The notes beneath the pieces were generated by a model. It was not told the origin of the DNA. It searched no databases and saw nothing but the letters and a program-made list of their open reading frames with translations. A DNA stretch of 64,000 nt. Source: an uncultured Bacteroidales bacterium (GTDB lineage Bacteria; Bacteroidota; Bacteroidia; Bacteroidales; FEN-979). Shown in pieces: positions 1 to 9,487 of the stretch. Where the stretch lies: contig CAIYUC010000152.1 of NCBI GenBank assembly GCA_903929315.1, forward strand, positions 14,624 to 78,623. Reading direction: 5' to 3'. Every line of letters starts with the position of its first letter. The stretch's first letter is position 1. The translations under genes were made by a program, and so were the position numbers.

Positions 1-1143
1 CCATTTGGTGAAGAAGCAAAAGCCATCAGTTACCTGCCCCTTTGCCATATCTATGAGCGAATGTTGAATTATGTATATCACTATCTCGGTATCTCGATTT
101 ATTATGCGGAAAACCTGGGAACAATCACCGAAAACATGAAGGATGTCAAACCCACGATGCTTTCTACAGTCCCCAGGTTACTGGAAAAGATCTATGACAA
201 ATTATTTGCAGCTGGGCATAAAATGAAAGGTGCCAAACGGTGGATCTATTTCTGGGCTTTGCACCTGGCATTGAGGTATGAGTTCAGAGGGGCCAACGGA
301 TGGTTCTATGAAATAAAACGCGGGATCTATGATAAGCTGGTCTATGTGAAATGGCGGGAAGCCCTGGGAGGGAATGTCCAGATCATCGTATCAGGAGGCG
401 CCGCGTTGCAACCCCGTCTGGCAAGACTCTTCTGGGCCGCAGGTATTCATGTTCTGGAGGGGTATGGCCTTACTGAAACTTCTCCGGTCATTGCGGTCGG
501 TGATTTCAGTGAGCATGGTGTAAAATTCGGGACCGTTGGAAGACCGCTTAAGAATGTATCGGTGAAAATTGCGGAAGATGGAGAAATCCTTTGCAAAGGA
601 CCTAGTATTATGAAAGGGTATTATAAAGCGCCTGAAATGACCAATGAAGCGATTGACAATGAAGGATGGTTCCATACCGGCGATCTCGGACTGATTGAAC
701 TGCAAGGACAAATAAAGATAACCGGGCGTAAAAAGGAAATTTTCAAGACTTCTTTCGGAAAATATGTGAGTCCGCAATTGATCGAAGATAAATTTAAGGA
801 ATCATTGTTTATTGATCAGATTATGGTAGTCGGTGAAAACCAGAAATTCGCGGCAGCTCTCATCGTCCCTGACTTTACTTTCCTGCGGTCATGGTGTGAG
901 TTCAAGGAGGTACCTTATACTACAAATAGCGAAATGATCAATCTTCCAAGGATCCAGAAACGACTCAACCGTGAAGTGGATAAATATAACGCCTTTTTTG
1001 GTGTGACAGAAAAAATCAAAAGTTATAAGCTTCTCGATACCGAGTGGACAGTTGAATCCGGCGAAATAACCCCGACTCTTAAATTGAAACGCAGGTTCAT
1101 TACGGAGAAATATAATAACAGCATCGACAAACTTTTTCAATAG
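1..1143 (+). CDS. long-chain acyl-CoA synthetase (AMP-dependent synthetase/ligase), 5' end cut by window edge
   Basis: Frame 1 is open from base 1 (PFGEEAKAISYLPLCHIYERM...) and aligns with MSFLPLCHVYERT of the downstream paralog. Motifs YGLTETSP, GWFHTGDLG and PTLKLKRR are typical of adenylate-forming enzymes. Confidence 0.85.
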   Translation, partial: PFGEEAKAISYLPLCHIYERMLNYVYHYLGISIYYAENLGTITENMKDVKPTMLSTVPRLLEKIYDKLFAAGHKMKGAKRWIYFWALHLALRYEFRGANGWFYEIKRGIYDKLVYVKWREALGGNVQIIVSGGAALQPRLARLFWAAGIHVLEGYGLTETSPVIAVGDFSEHGVKFGTVGRPLKNVSVKIAEDGEILCKGPSIMKGYYKAPEMTNEAIDNEGWFHTGDLGLIELQGQIKITGRKKEIFKTSFGKYVSPQLIEDKFKESLFIDQIMVVGENQKFAAALIVPDFTFLRSWCEFKEVPYTTNSEMINLPRIQKRLNREVDKYNAFFGVTEKIKSYKLLDTEWTVESGEITPTLKLKRRFITEKYNNSIDKLFQ

Positions 1144-1187
1144 AATAGAAAACATTACTCCGATAAGCTTCAGTTTAGCTGACAACG

Positions 1188-2990
1188 ATGAAATCAATTA
1201 CCCGGATATTCGATTTATTGGAATTATACAAGGATGAGTTCAAATCCAAACAGGATGCTTTTTATTTTAAGAAGGACGGGCGATGGGAGAGCTATTCTTC
1301 CGGGGATTACATTACCAATTGCAACTTGGTAAGCCTTGGGTTGTTATCTCTCGGAATAAAAAAAGGTGACAGGATCGCTACCATCATGGTCAATTGCCCG
1401 GAATGGAATTTTTTTGATATGGGGATCATGCAGATAGGTGCTATACAGGTCCCGGTTTACCCGACGATCTCGGAAGACAATTATCGCTATATCCTGAAAG
1501 ATGCAGGAATTGAATATTTCATTATTTCAAACCAGGAAATATTTCAGCGGGTAAGCAATGTCCTGAAAGAATCGGATACCCTGAAGGAGGTCTTTTCTAT
1601 TGAAATGATCGCCGGAGTCAGGAATTGGAAAGAGATCCTGGAACTTGGCCGCAACTTCGCACATCCGGATCAGCTGGAAAACATAAAAAGCTCCATTGGT
1701 CCCAACGACCTTGTATCTCTTATTTATACTTCCGGTACTATTGGACGGCCGAAGGGAGTAATGCTTTCCCACAACAACTTTGTTTCCAACTTCAAGGCGC
1801 TGGCAAAAATCCATATTCTGAAACCCGGATACCGGGCAATGAGCTTTCTACCGCTTTGCCATGTATATGAAAGGACTACAGGGTATGTTTACCAGTCGTA
1901 CGGCATTTCAGTCTGTTATGTTCAGGACATCGATAAGCTTGCCGAATATATCCTCGATATTAAGCCCAACGTCTTTGCCACCGTTCCGAGGGTACTGGAA
2001 AAAATTTACAACCGGATCGTTATGAAAGGGAGAAGTCTTCCGTTAATTCCCAAGATTATTTTTTTCTGGGCGCTCCGTCAGGGACACAAGTTCGAGTTGG
2101 ATCATAGAAATGGCTGGTTTTATGATGTCAAGTTGTTCATCGCCAATGTGCTTATATTTTCAAAATGGAGAAAAGCCCTTGGCGGAGAAATAGGGTTCAT
2201 GATATGTGGCAGCGCCTCGCTCCATCCGCGTCTTACACGCATCTTCTGGGCTGCCCGCATACCCGTTTATGAGGCTTACGGGCTTACCGAGACTTCACCG
2301 GGAATCTCCAGCAATCACCATGGGAAAGGGGGCACGAGCTTCGGAACAGTGGGTCCCGTACTCACCGGTGTCCAGGTGAAAATAGCCCGCGACGGCGAGA
2401 TCCTTGTCAAGGGACCGAATGTCATGATCAGCTATTTTAATCGTCCTGAAATGACCATGGAGGTGATGGATGAGGAAGGATGGTTTCATACCGGTGATAT
2501 CGGCATCCTGGAAAATGATGTATTCCTCAGGATCACAGACAGGAAAAAGGAAATTTTTAAGTTGTCAACCGGTAAATATATCGCTCCCCAGGCGACCGAA
2601 CAGGTGTTCAAGGAATCCCCGTTTATCGAGCACATCATGGTAATGGGGGAAAACCGCCAGTATACTGCTGCACTAATCATCCCGAATTTCGAACACCTTA
2701 AAAACTGGTGCACCGTTAAACACATCGGGTTCATTTCAAAAGAAAAAGCAGTATTGAATCCCAGGATCATTAAACGGGTCAGGGAAGAGGTGGAGCGGTT
2801 TAACCAGGAATTCGGACAAACAGAAAAGATCAAGAAATTCAGATTGGTTTCCGATGAATGGACCATGGAGAGCGGGGAACTCTCACCTACACTGAAACTC
2901 AGAAGGAAATTTATTCTCGAAAAATATGCCCAGGCAATAGAAGAAACTTACCGTTCAAACGAATTCAATTATAAAGTTGAAATTGATTAA
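1188..2990 (+). CDS. long-chain-fatty-acid--CoA ligase (AMP-dependent synthetase)
   Basis: 600-aa ORF with AMP-binding signature YTSGTIGRPKGVMLSH plus YGLTETSP, GWFHTGDIG and DRKKEIFKLSTGKYIAPQ. Paralogous to the upstream partial ORF. Confidence 0.9.
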   Translation: MKSITRIFDLLELYKDEFKSKQDAFYFKKDGRWESYSSGDYITNCNLVSLGLLSLGIKKGDRIATIMVNCPEWNFFDMGIMQIGAIQVPVYPTISEDNYRYILKDAGIEYFIISNQEIFQRVSNVLKESDTLKEVFSIEMIAGVRNWKEILELGRNFAHPDQLENIKSSIGPNDLVSLIYTSGTIGRPKGVMLSHNNFVSNFKALAKIHILKPGYRAMSFLPLCHVYERTTGYVYQSYGISVCYVQDIDKLAEYILDIKPNVFATVPRVLEKIYNRIVMKGRSLPLIPKIIFFWALRQGHKFELDHRNGWFYDVKLFIANVLIFSKWRKALGGEIGFMICGSASLHPRLTRIFWAARIPVYEAYGLTETSPGISSNHHGKGGTSFGTVGPVLTGVQVKIARDGEILVKGPNVMISYFNRPEMTMEVMDEEGWFHTGDIGILENDVFLRITDRKKEIFKLSTGKYIAPQATEQVFKESPFIEHIMVMGENRQYTAALIIPNFEHLKNWCTVKHIGFISKEKAVLNPRIIKRVREEVERFNQEFGQTEKIKKFRLVSDEWTMESGELSPTLKLRRKFILEKYAQAIEETYRSNEFNYKVEID

Positions 2991-3123
2991 CGTATACGGG
3001 ATGAATCTTCTCTTTTCCTGTTGAATTATTTCCCTTTGAAGGTATTTTTTCTTTCCTGTTTTACGTCTTTTTCCAATATCTTTCCGTCATATCAATAAAT
3101 AGCATCTTTTTATATTTCTGAAA

Positions 3124-3672
3124 ATGACCGATAGCGAAGAACGATTTCCCCAAACGATCCCCGAGCTTGAAAAATTCATAAAACGACATCAGCACCAGCT
3201 GGTCCGTCATGCATTCTTTAAACTTGGAAATCTGCAGGATGCCGAAGATGTGGTTCAAAATACTTTCATTAAAATTTATACAGAACGGTATGAGTTCAAT
3301 CATGTTACCAAACCTCTTCCTTACATATTCAGGATGGTCTCCAATTTTTGCATCGATAAATTAAGATCGGAAGCAAAGATAGACGATGAGCCGCTGAATG
3401 GTTCAGAAGAAGCTAATGCTTTAACAGGGATCCCCTACGAAGAAGAAATTATCCGGAAGGAAGAATTCAGGCGGATCAATACATTATTGGGTAGGTTGCC
3501 GAAAGAACAGGCAGAAATATTGCGATTGAGAATCATCGATGAATTAAGTTTCGTCGAGATATCCGCAATCCTGGAGACCCACGTAAACACAGTAAAATCG
3601 CGATTTAAATATGGAATTGATAAATTAAGGTTTAATTTAATGACAGTAAAGGAGGCAAATAATGAAGTGTAA
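3124..3672 (+). CDS. RNA polymerase ECF-type sigma-70 factor
   Basis: 182 aa. Region 2 reads DAEDVVQNTFIKIY and region 4 HTH reads LPKEQAEILRLRIIDELSFVEISAILETHVNTVKSRF. Overlaps the next ORF by 11 nt. Confidence 0.85.
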   Translation: MTDSEERFPQTIPELEKFIKRHQHQLVRHAFFKLGNLQDAEDVVQNTFIKIYTERYEFNHVTKPLPYIFRMVSNFCIDKLRSEAKIDDEPLNGSEEANALTGIPYEEEIIRKEEFRRINTLLGRLPKEQAEILRLRIIDELSFVEISAILETHVNTVKSRFKYGIDKLRFNLMTVKEANNEV

Positions 3673-5008
3673 TTATATTTCTGAAAATATGGCTGATATG
3701 TTCGATGAAAGCATCAGCAGCTCTAGGAAAGATGAGCTTTTAAAACATCTTGAAGACTGTTACGATTGTTCGGAGGAGTATCAAAAGATCAAACAGGCAA
3801 TTTCGGCGGTCCGGCCCAAAATTCAAATTTATGCCAGCGAAAGTTTGACGGACAAGGTTATCCAGGGACTTATAAAAACCGATAAAAAGGGATCAACAGG
3901 GAAAGGCAGGATTATCCCGATGTTTAGCCCGGCATGGAAAAAAGTAGCGAGTATCGCTGCCGTCCTGGTCATCGCCTTCGCATTGATCCCATTATTTAAT
4001 TATACAGGCTGGTTTCAGAATAAGGGCTATGCTGCAAATGCCCTGATCAAAAAATCGATTCTGGCGATGGAAGGAATAAAGTCGGTCTTCATGAATTTTA
4101 AGGTCAGGACTCAACCGGGTGAGAATTTCGATTTTATCGATATCAAAGCTGGATTTGTTACCCACAAACTTTGGAGAACGTTCACCGAACCGCCGCGATG
4201 GAGAATCGAAAAACCCGGGAGAATTGTGGTGATGGATGGGAAAAACCAGTATCTCTATATGGTCAACCCTGGTGTGGCAATGGTAGGTGCCCCTGATGCA
4301 GGGTTTATGGGATGGATGAAGATTTTTCTCGATCCTATGAAAATCCTTGGAGTTGAAAAGGATTTAGCAGAGAAAAACAAGGCTGAATGCAGGATTGCTG
4401 AGAGTGGAAATACGTTCATACTGACTGTAAAAGCTAAGGCAACGGGTGATTTCAGGAATGCATACATGCTGAACAGCTCGGTTTCGGAATCCGACAGCAG
4501 AAGGGTTTATACATTCGACAAATCAACCAAACGCCTGATATCTGTTGAAATATTTGTGGAATCAGGCAATACAGAATACCAGGTCATTAAAGTAGATGAT
4601 ATCAGGTATGACCTTGATGTTCCGGAACCAACATTCACAATTGATCTGCCGGAAGGATTGATCTGGAAGAAAGTAAGTGAAGTATACAGCCCGGATCAAA
4701 CCGGAATAACTGCTTCAACCAGTGAAGAAGTCGCCAGGATGTTTTTCGAAGCCTGCCACAAAGAAGATTGGGTGACAGTTGGAAAACTTTACCCCGTGGT
4801 GATGCAATCGTCGCAGGCAGGTATAATGAAAAAGTTGTTGGGGGGCCTTACGATCACTTTCATAGGAAAATCCTTCAAATCAGGTGAATATGCAGGTGAT
4901 TTCGTACCGTATGAGATCCGGTTTAAGTCGGGTGAGATCAAGAAAATGAACCTTGCATTACGCAACGATAATAAAGAGCGTAAATGGTATATTGACGGAG
5001 GTTTTTAA
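3662..5008 (+). CDS. anti-sigma factor (zf-HC2 type) with one TM helix and a large extracytoplasmic domain
   Basis: H-x3-C-x2-C motif (HLEDCYDCSEE) near the N-terminus and a TM segment WKKVASIAAVLVIAFALIPLF. Translationally coupled to the ECF sigma gene. Confidence 0.6.
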   Translation: MKCNYISENMADMFDESISSSRKDELLKHLEDCYDCSEEYQKIKQAISAVRPKIQIYASESLTDKVIQGLIKTDKKGSTGKGRIIPMFSPAWKKVASIAAVLVIAFALIPLFNYTGWFQNKGYAANALIKKSILAMEGIKSVFMNFKVRTQPGENFDFIDIKAGFVTHKLWRTFTEPPRWRIEKPGRIVVMDGKNQYLYMVNPGVAMVGAPDAGFMGWMKIFLDPMKILGVEKDLAEKNKAECRIAESGNTFILTVKAKATGDFRNAYMLNSSVSESDSRRVYTFDKSTKRLISVEIFVESGNTEYQVIKVDDIRYDLDVPEPTFTIDLPEGLIWKKVSEVYSPDQTGITASTSEEVARMFFEACHKEDWVTVGKLYPVVMQSSQAGIMKKLLGGLTITFIGKSFKSGEYAGDFVPYEIRFKSGEIKKMNLALRNDNKERKWYIDGGF

Positions 5009-5028
5009 AGGGTTGCTTTGATGAAAGG

Positions 5029-5057
5029 GAAGCCTCCGTCAGGAGGCTTTTTTTTTA
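5029..5057. terminator. bidirectional rho-independent terminator between convergent genes
   Basis: Stem agcctcc / ggaggct with a gtca loop, followed by a 9-T run. Lies between the anti-sigma stop and the holA stop. Confidence 0.6.
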
Positions 5058-5058
5058 A

Positions 5059-6081
5059 TTACTGATGCAATATCTTAAACACCAATTCCTTCATCAACTC
5101 ACCATCGGTAGCGGACAGATTGTCCACCCCTTTGGCCTTCAGATCATATTCCCTTAAAAGAGATATGATCGAAATCAGCTTGGTGACTTTGAAATTCCCG
5201 GCAGCTGCCTGGTAATCCGGGACAAAAAACGGATTGACCGATAAGACTGATGCAACGTTGTTCCTGGACTTATCAGGAAGTTGATGATAAATCAGGACTT
5301 TGGAAAAATAACTGTACAAAAGGGGAATCACTTTGACCAGGGGATTCTCTTTAGGGTTAGCTGCAAAATGGGTGATGATCTGGTTTGATTTGAAGATATC
5401 TCTTCTCCCAAGGGCTTTTTGAAGCTCAAAGACGTTGAAGTCCTTACTGATTCCGATATTTTTCTCAACATATTCTTCCGTTATCTCCTGTCTTGGAGGA
5501 ATATTGATCGTAAGCTTGCTGATCTCATTCACGATCTTCGAAAGATCAGTCCCGAGAAATTCAGCCAGCAGAAAAGTTGCTTTGGTGGTTATAGTATAAT
5601 TTTTTTTCCGGATATAATCCGTTATCCAATCGGGGATTTGATTGTCATAAAGCCTCGGGGAATCGAACAGAACACCGGTTTTTTCGATGGATTTGAAAAA
5701 CAATTTCCGCCTGTCGGCTTTTTCATATTTATAACAGATCACAAGCAAGGTCGAATTTAATGGATGTTCGATGTAACCCGCCAGCTCTTCGATTTTATCC
5801 AGGTCCTGTGCTTCCTTTACAATAATGACCTGGTAATTGGCCATCATGGGAAAACGCTTGGCATAACTCACCAATGTAGGAATGTCAGTATCTTTTCCAT
5901 AGATGATAGTCTGGTTGAATTCTTTCTCGGTGTCGGTAAGGACATTTTGCTCAATGTAATCCGAGATCTCATCAATAAAATAGGCCTCTTCCCCGGATAA
6001 AAAATATACCGGGTAATAGATCTTTTTTTTAAGATCACTCAGGATATTATCAAAACTGAAGGCGTTTTTCCGGGCAGCCAT
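5059..6081 (-). CDS. holA: DNA polymerase III subunit delta
   Basis: 340 aa. N-terminal YPVYFLSGEEAYFIDEISDYIE and overall length and architecture are typical of HolA. Confidence 0.8.
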   Translation of the reverse strand: MAARKNAFSFDNILSDLKKKIYYPVYFLSGEEAYFIDEISDYIEQNVLTDTEKEFNQTIIYGKDTDIPTLVSYAKRFPMMANYQVIIVKEAQDLDKIEELAGYIEHPLNSTLLVICYKYEKADRRKLFFKSIEKTGVLFDSPRLYDNQIPDWITDYIRKKNYTITTKATFLLAEFLGTDLSKIVNEISKLTINIPPRQEITEEYVEKNIGISKDFNVFELQKALGRRDIFKSNQIITHFAANPKENPLVKVIPLLYSYFSKVLIYHQLPDKSRNNVASVLSVNPFFVPDYQAAAGNFKVTKLISIISLLREYDLKAKGVDNLSATDGELMKELVFKILHQ

Positions 6082-6141
6082 CGTCAGAATTTACAATCAA
6101 AGTAAAATCAACCCTTGGTAAGCTAGCGGTTGTTTAAATAG

Positions 6142-6257
6142 TCTTTGTGATCTTTGTTGAAACCTGCCTGCGGGCAAGCAGGCTTTGTGACCATTGTGGT
6201 TAATCTATAAAACACTAAACCACGATGAACACTATGTCTGCACAAAGTACACAAAGA
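6142..6257. repeat. CACAAAG/GTGGTTAA palindromic intergenic repeat, copy A (opposite orientation, carries a nested GC hairpin)
   Basis: Reads tctttgtgatctttgt...cctgcctgcgggcaagcagg...tttgtgaccattgtggttaa...taaaccacgatgaacactatg...cacaaagtacacaaaga. The ends are reverse complements. Shares modules with copies at 15.6, 18.0 and 24.0 kb. Confidence 0.8.
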
Positions 6258-6346
6258 AGGAAAAAGGATCATAAACCGTACCTTTTAGTCAGCCTCTCAG
6301 GGGAGGGGTTTTCCCGCAAAGATACCTTATTTGTCAAATTTTTCTG

Positions 6347-6354
6347 TATGTTTG
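6347..6354 (+). promoter_or_regulatory. candidate Bacteroidota -7 promoter box (TAnnTTTG)
   Basis: tatgtttg lies 16 nt upstream of the ATG at 6371. A TTTG at 6330-6333 sits closer than the usual -33 spacing. Confidence 0.3.
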
Positions 6355-6370
6355 TATTTTCACCAGGTTT

Positions 6371-6826
6371 ATGCAGCAATTAAATCTTCCGCCTTCAGAG
6401 TTGAAGCTCAGGAACACGAAAGGGAAGAATGAAGTTTTTGACAACATCCGTAAAAGATATGTTGCGCTCACTCCGGAGGAATGGGTCCGGCAGCATTTCA
6501 TCGGATACCTGGTCCGTGAAAGGAATATACCTTCTTCACTGATATCGGTTGAAGCGTCGCTGAAATATAACAGGCTTCAGAAAAGAAGCGATATCGTGAT
6601 CTATAATAACCTGGGCAAACCCAGGATGATCGTTGAATGCAAAGCGCCTGAAGTCAAGATCACACAGGATGTTTTCGACCAGATCGCCATTTATAATATG
6701 ACCCTGAATGTCCCATACCTTGTTGTCACAAATGGCATTGAACATTTTGCATGTCATATCGATCAAAGTAACAGGACATATGAGTTTCTGAAAGATATCC
6801 CGGATTTTTTGGAAATGAATCAATAA
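6371..6826 (+). CDS. HsdR_N-like PD-(D/E)XK nuclease-fold protein (stand-alone type I restriction enzyme R N-terminal domain)
   Basis: 151 aa. SDIVIY...PRMIVECKAPEV fits the D...E-x-K nuclease motif. No hsdM or hsdS nearby. Confidence 0.55.
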   Translation: MQQLNLPPSELKLRNTKGKNEVFDNIRKRYVALTPEEWVRQHFIGYLVRERNIPSSLISVEASLKYNRLQKRSDIVIYNNLGKPRMIVECKAPEVKITQDVFDQIAIYNMTLNVPYLVVTNGIEHFACHIDQSNRTYEFLKDIPDFLEMNQ

Positions 6827-6836
6827 TTATAAATCG

Positions 6837-8108
6837 ATGGAATTCATTAAAAGCATACCGAAAGAATTGATCAATTTTCTTCTGGTCACTGTTTTTTCAT
6901 TACTGATTGGACTTTCCCAAAGAAAGCTGCATGGTATCGGTGATGAAGCTGACCGGACATTTGGAACAGACCGGACATTTACCTTTATCGGAATACTCGG
7001 TTTCATTCTGTTCCTGATCAGTCCCGGGAACCTGATCGTATTCGAAATAGGAGGAGTGGGATTATCCCTGTTTATGGCGATTAACTACTATTTTAAGATT
7101 ACGAAATATAATGACCATGGGATCACAACGATTATCATTGCACTGATAACCTATAGTATCGGACCCCTTCTGATGACACAACCATATTGGATCGTCATTT
7201 TGATCATTGTTACCGTTTTGATCTTTACGGAACTGAAAGAATCATTTTACCATTTCTCCCAGAAATTTGATAAGGATGAATTCCTTACCCTGGGAAAATT
7301 CCTGATCATTGCCGGTGTGATCCTTCCGATCGTTCCGGATGAACCATTTATTAATGACATCAGTCTTACCCCCTACAAGATATGGCTGGCAATAGTGGTT
7401 GTGTCAACCATTTCATATGTCAGTTACCTGATTAAAAAATTTGTATTCAAAAACTCAAGCATTGTCATTTCCGGGATCCTGGGCGGGTTATACAGCAGTA
7501 CTGCAACCACAATTATTCTTGCAAAAAAAAGCAGGAAAGACCCTGATTCAAAGAACCAATACGTAGCCGCGATCATCTTTGCAACAGCCATGATGTATTG
7601 CCGGATACTGATCCTTATTCTCATTTTTAACACCGTGCTTTTTTTGAGGATCTATCCCTATTTCATAACCTTATTTGGGATCTCAGCATTGATAGGTATC
7701 ATTGTATTATTTTTCCGGAATACGAAAATCAACACTTACGACCATGAATTAAATGTTGACAGAAACCCTCTTGAATTTAAGGTAGCTATCATCTTTACTT
7801 TATTATTTGTCGCTCTTACTTTCATTACCTGGTTTATCGTTAAGAATTGGGGTAATCCCGGGTTGAATGTACTTTCCTATATTGTCGGGCTGACCGATAT
7901 AGATCCCTTTCTTATCAGCCTTTTCCAGGGAAAGTACAGTATTTCGTTGGACATGATCTTTGTGGCAGTACTTCAGGCAACCGTAAGTAATAATTTACTT
8001 AAGATGATTTACGCCTGCTTCTTTTCTTCTAAGAAGTTATGGGGCTACCTCATCATTTCTTTTATGTTTATTGTTATTCTGAACATGATTTTCGTGTTCC
8101 TGGTTTAA
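6837..8108 (+). CDS. polytopic membrane protein, MgtC/SapB plus DUF4010-like
   Basis: 423 aa and hydrophobic throughout, with about 10 or more predicted TM segments. Family assignment is from memory of size and architecture only. Confidence 0.45.
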   Translation: MEFIKSIPKELINFLLVTVFSLLIGLSQRKLHGIGDEADRTFGTDRTFTFIGILGFILFLISPGNLIVFEIGGVGLSLFMAINYYFKITKYNDHGITTIIIALITYSIGPLLMTQPYWIVILIIVTVLIFTELKESFYHFSQKFDKDEFLTLGKFLIIAGVILPIVPDEPFINDISLTPYKIWLAIVVVSTISYVSYLIKKFVFKNSSIVISGILGGLYSSTATTIILAKKSRKDPDSKNQYVAAIIFATAMMYCRILILILIFNTVLFLRIYPYFITLFGISALIGIIVLFFRNTKINTYDHELNVDRNPLEFKVAIIFTLLFVALTFITWFIVKNWGNPGLNVLSYIVGLTDIDPFLISLFQGKYSISLDMIFVAVLQATVSNNLLKMIYACFFSSKKLWGYLIISFMFIVILNMIFVFLV

Positions 8109-8120
8109 TTCGTATTTTGG

Positions 8121-8960
8121 ATGCAGTCACCGGTAAATGCAATCATCAGTAAAACGGACGAATCTTTCGATCCCTTTGATACCTCTACTTACAGCTTGTT
8201 TGTCCAATTGAGCGAAACACATGTTTCCTGGTGCATACTTGATAATGAAAAGAATAAATATGTTGTTATCGAGTCATTCGCAAGTTATTTACAGGAGGTA
8301 GCAGAAAATATTCCCTGGATCAGACAACCGTTCGACTCCGTGAGTCTGATGATCGAAAATAACAGGTCCACTTTGATCCCGGCTCCTTTGTTTGACCCGG
8401 AGGAGAAAAAGAGCTACTTCGATTTTATCCATGAAAAAGACGATCGGACAGAGACACTTTATGATAAATTGCAACAGCTTGAAATTGTCAATGTTTATGA
8501 TGTTTGTGCCAAACTCCTTGAAGCAGGTTTACAGATTTTCCCCGGTGCGAAAATATTTCACCATTCAAGTGCATTGATCCAGAGCATCTGGATGAATTAT
8601 AAAAACAGGATAAACCGGAAAAAAGTATTCATTCATGTGAGGGAAAATGATTTCGACTTCCTCATATTTGATGGAAAGCAGTTGAATTATTATAATGCTT
8701 TTCATTTCCAGGCGCCAACCGACCTAATTTATTACGTGATCTTTGTGATGGAGCAATTGACCCTTAACCCGGAAGAAACAGAAGTGGTATTGATGGGAAA
8801 TATAATAAAAGAATCAGAGCTCTATGATCTCCTTTACCGGTATATCCGGAACATCGAATTTGTAAATCGAAACGCCGCATTTAAATACAGCTACGTCTTC
8901 AATGAAATTCCTGCTCATTATTTTTATCCCTTACTGAATCTCAGGTTATGCGGATTGTAA
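8121..8960 (+). CDS. DUF3822-like conserved Bacteroidota protein
   Basis: 279 aa, overlapping the start of rsmD. Assignment rests on the recalled DUF3822-rsmD synteny in Bacteroidota. Confidence 0.4.
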   Translation: MQSPVNAIISKTDESFDPFDTSTYSLFVQLSETHVSWCILDNEKNKYVVIESFASYLQEVAENIPWIRQPFDSVSLMIENNRSTLIPAPLFDPEEKKSYFDFIHEKDDRTETLYDKLQQLEIVNVYDVCAKLLEAGLQIFPGAKIFHHSSALIQSIWMNYKNRINRKKVFIHVRENDFDFLIFDGKQLNYYNAFHFQAPTDLIYYVIFVMEQLTLNPEETEVVLMGNIIKESELYDLLYRYIRNIEFVNRNAAFKYSYVFNEIPAHYFYPLLNLRLCGL

Positions 8961-9487
8961 GCGGGAAATTCAGAGGTAAGCAGATCCATCCACCACGAGG
9001 ATTGCCGGTGCGCCCTACTACTGATTTTGCTAAGGAAGGATTGTTCAATGTATTGAATAACCTGGTTGATTTTACCGAACTCGAAGTGCTGGATCTTTTC
9101 GCCGGAACAGGCAACATCTCTTATGAATTTATTTCCCGCGGATGCAAGGAAATCGTCGCCATTGAAATAAATCCGAAGTGTCATTCTTTCATCCGGAAAA
9201 CTGCGGAAGAATTGATCCCTGAATGCATGACAGCTATGAGAACAGATGTTTTTACCTATCTCAAACATCCGGAAGGCTCATTTGACCTTGTTTTTGCTGA
9301 TCCACCCTTTGATCTGGAAGGGATTGACACCCTTCCCGAATTAATTATAAAGAACCAGCTTCTCCGGGAAGATGGCTGGTTTATTCTTGAACATTCGAAC
9401 AGGTTTGATTTCGCAGATCACCCCGGGTTTGATCAGCAGCGTAAATACGGTAATGTGCATTTTAGTTTCTTCCGGCAGGTGCTTTAA
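8948..9487 (+). CDS. rsmD: 16S rRNA (guanine966-N2)-methyltransferase
   Basis: 179 aa. MRIVSGKFRGKQI...RPTTD N-terminus, SAM motif LDLFAGTGNISYE and catalytic DPPF (VFADPPFD). Confidence 0.85.
   Translation: MRIVSGKFRGKQIHPPRGLPVRPTTDFAKEGLFNVLNNLVDFTELEVLDLFAGTGNISYEFISRGCKEIVAIEINPKCHSFIRKTAEELIPECMTAMRTDVFTYLKHPEGSFDLVFADPPFDLEGIDTLPELIIKNQLLREDGWFILEHSNRFDFADHPGFDQQRKYGNVHFSFFRQVL

Noticed and set aside
2991-3123. ECF-type autoregulatory promoter (GGAAC-like -35 and CGTC -10) upstream of the sigma factor gene. Two CGTC words and a repeated tttcctgtt are present.
   Set aside because: I found no -35/-10 pair with the usual 16-17 nt spacing, so any call would be guesswork.
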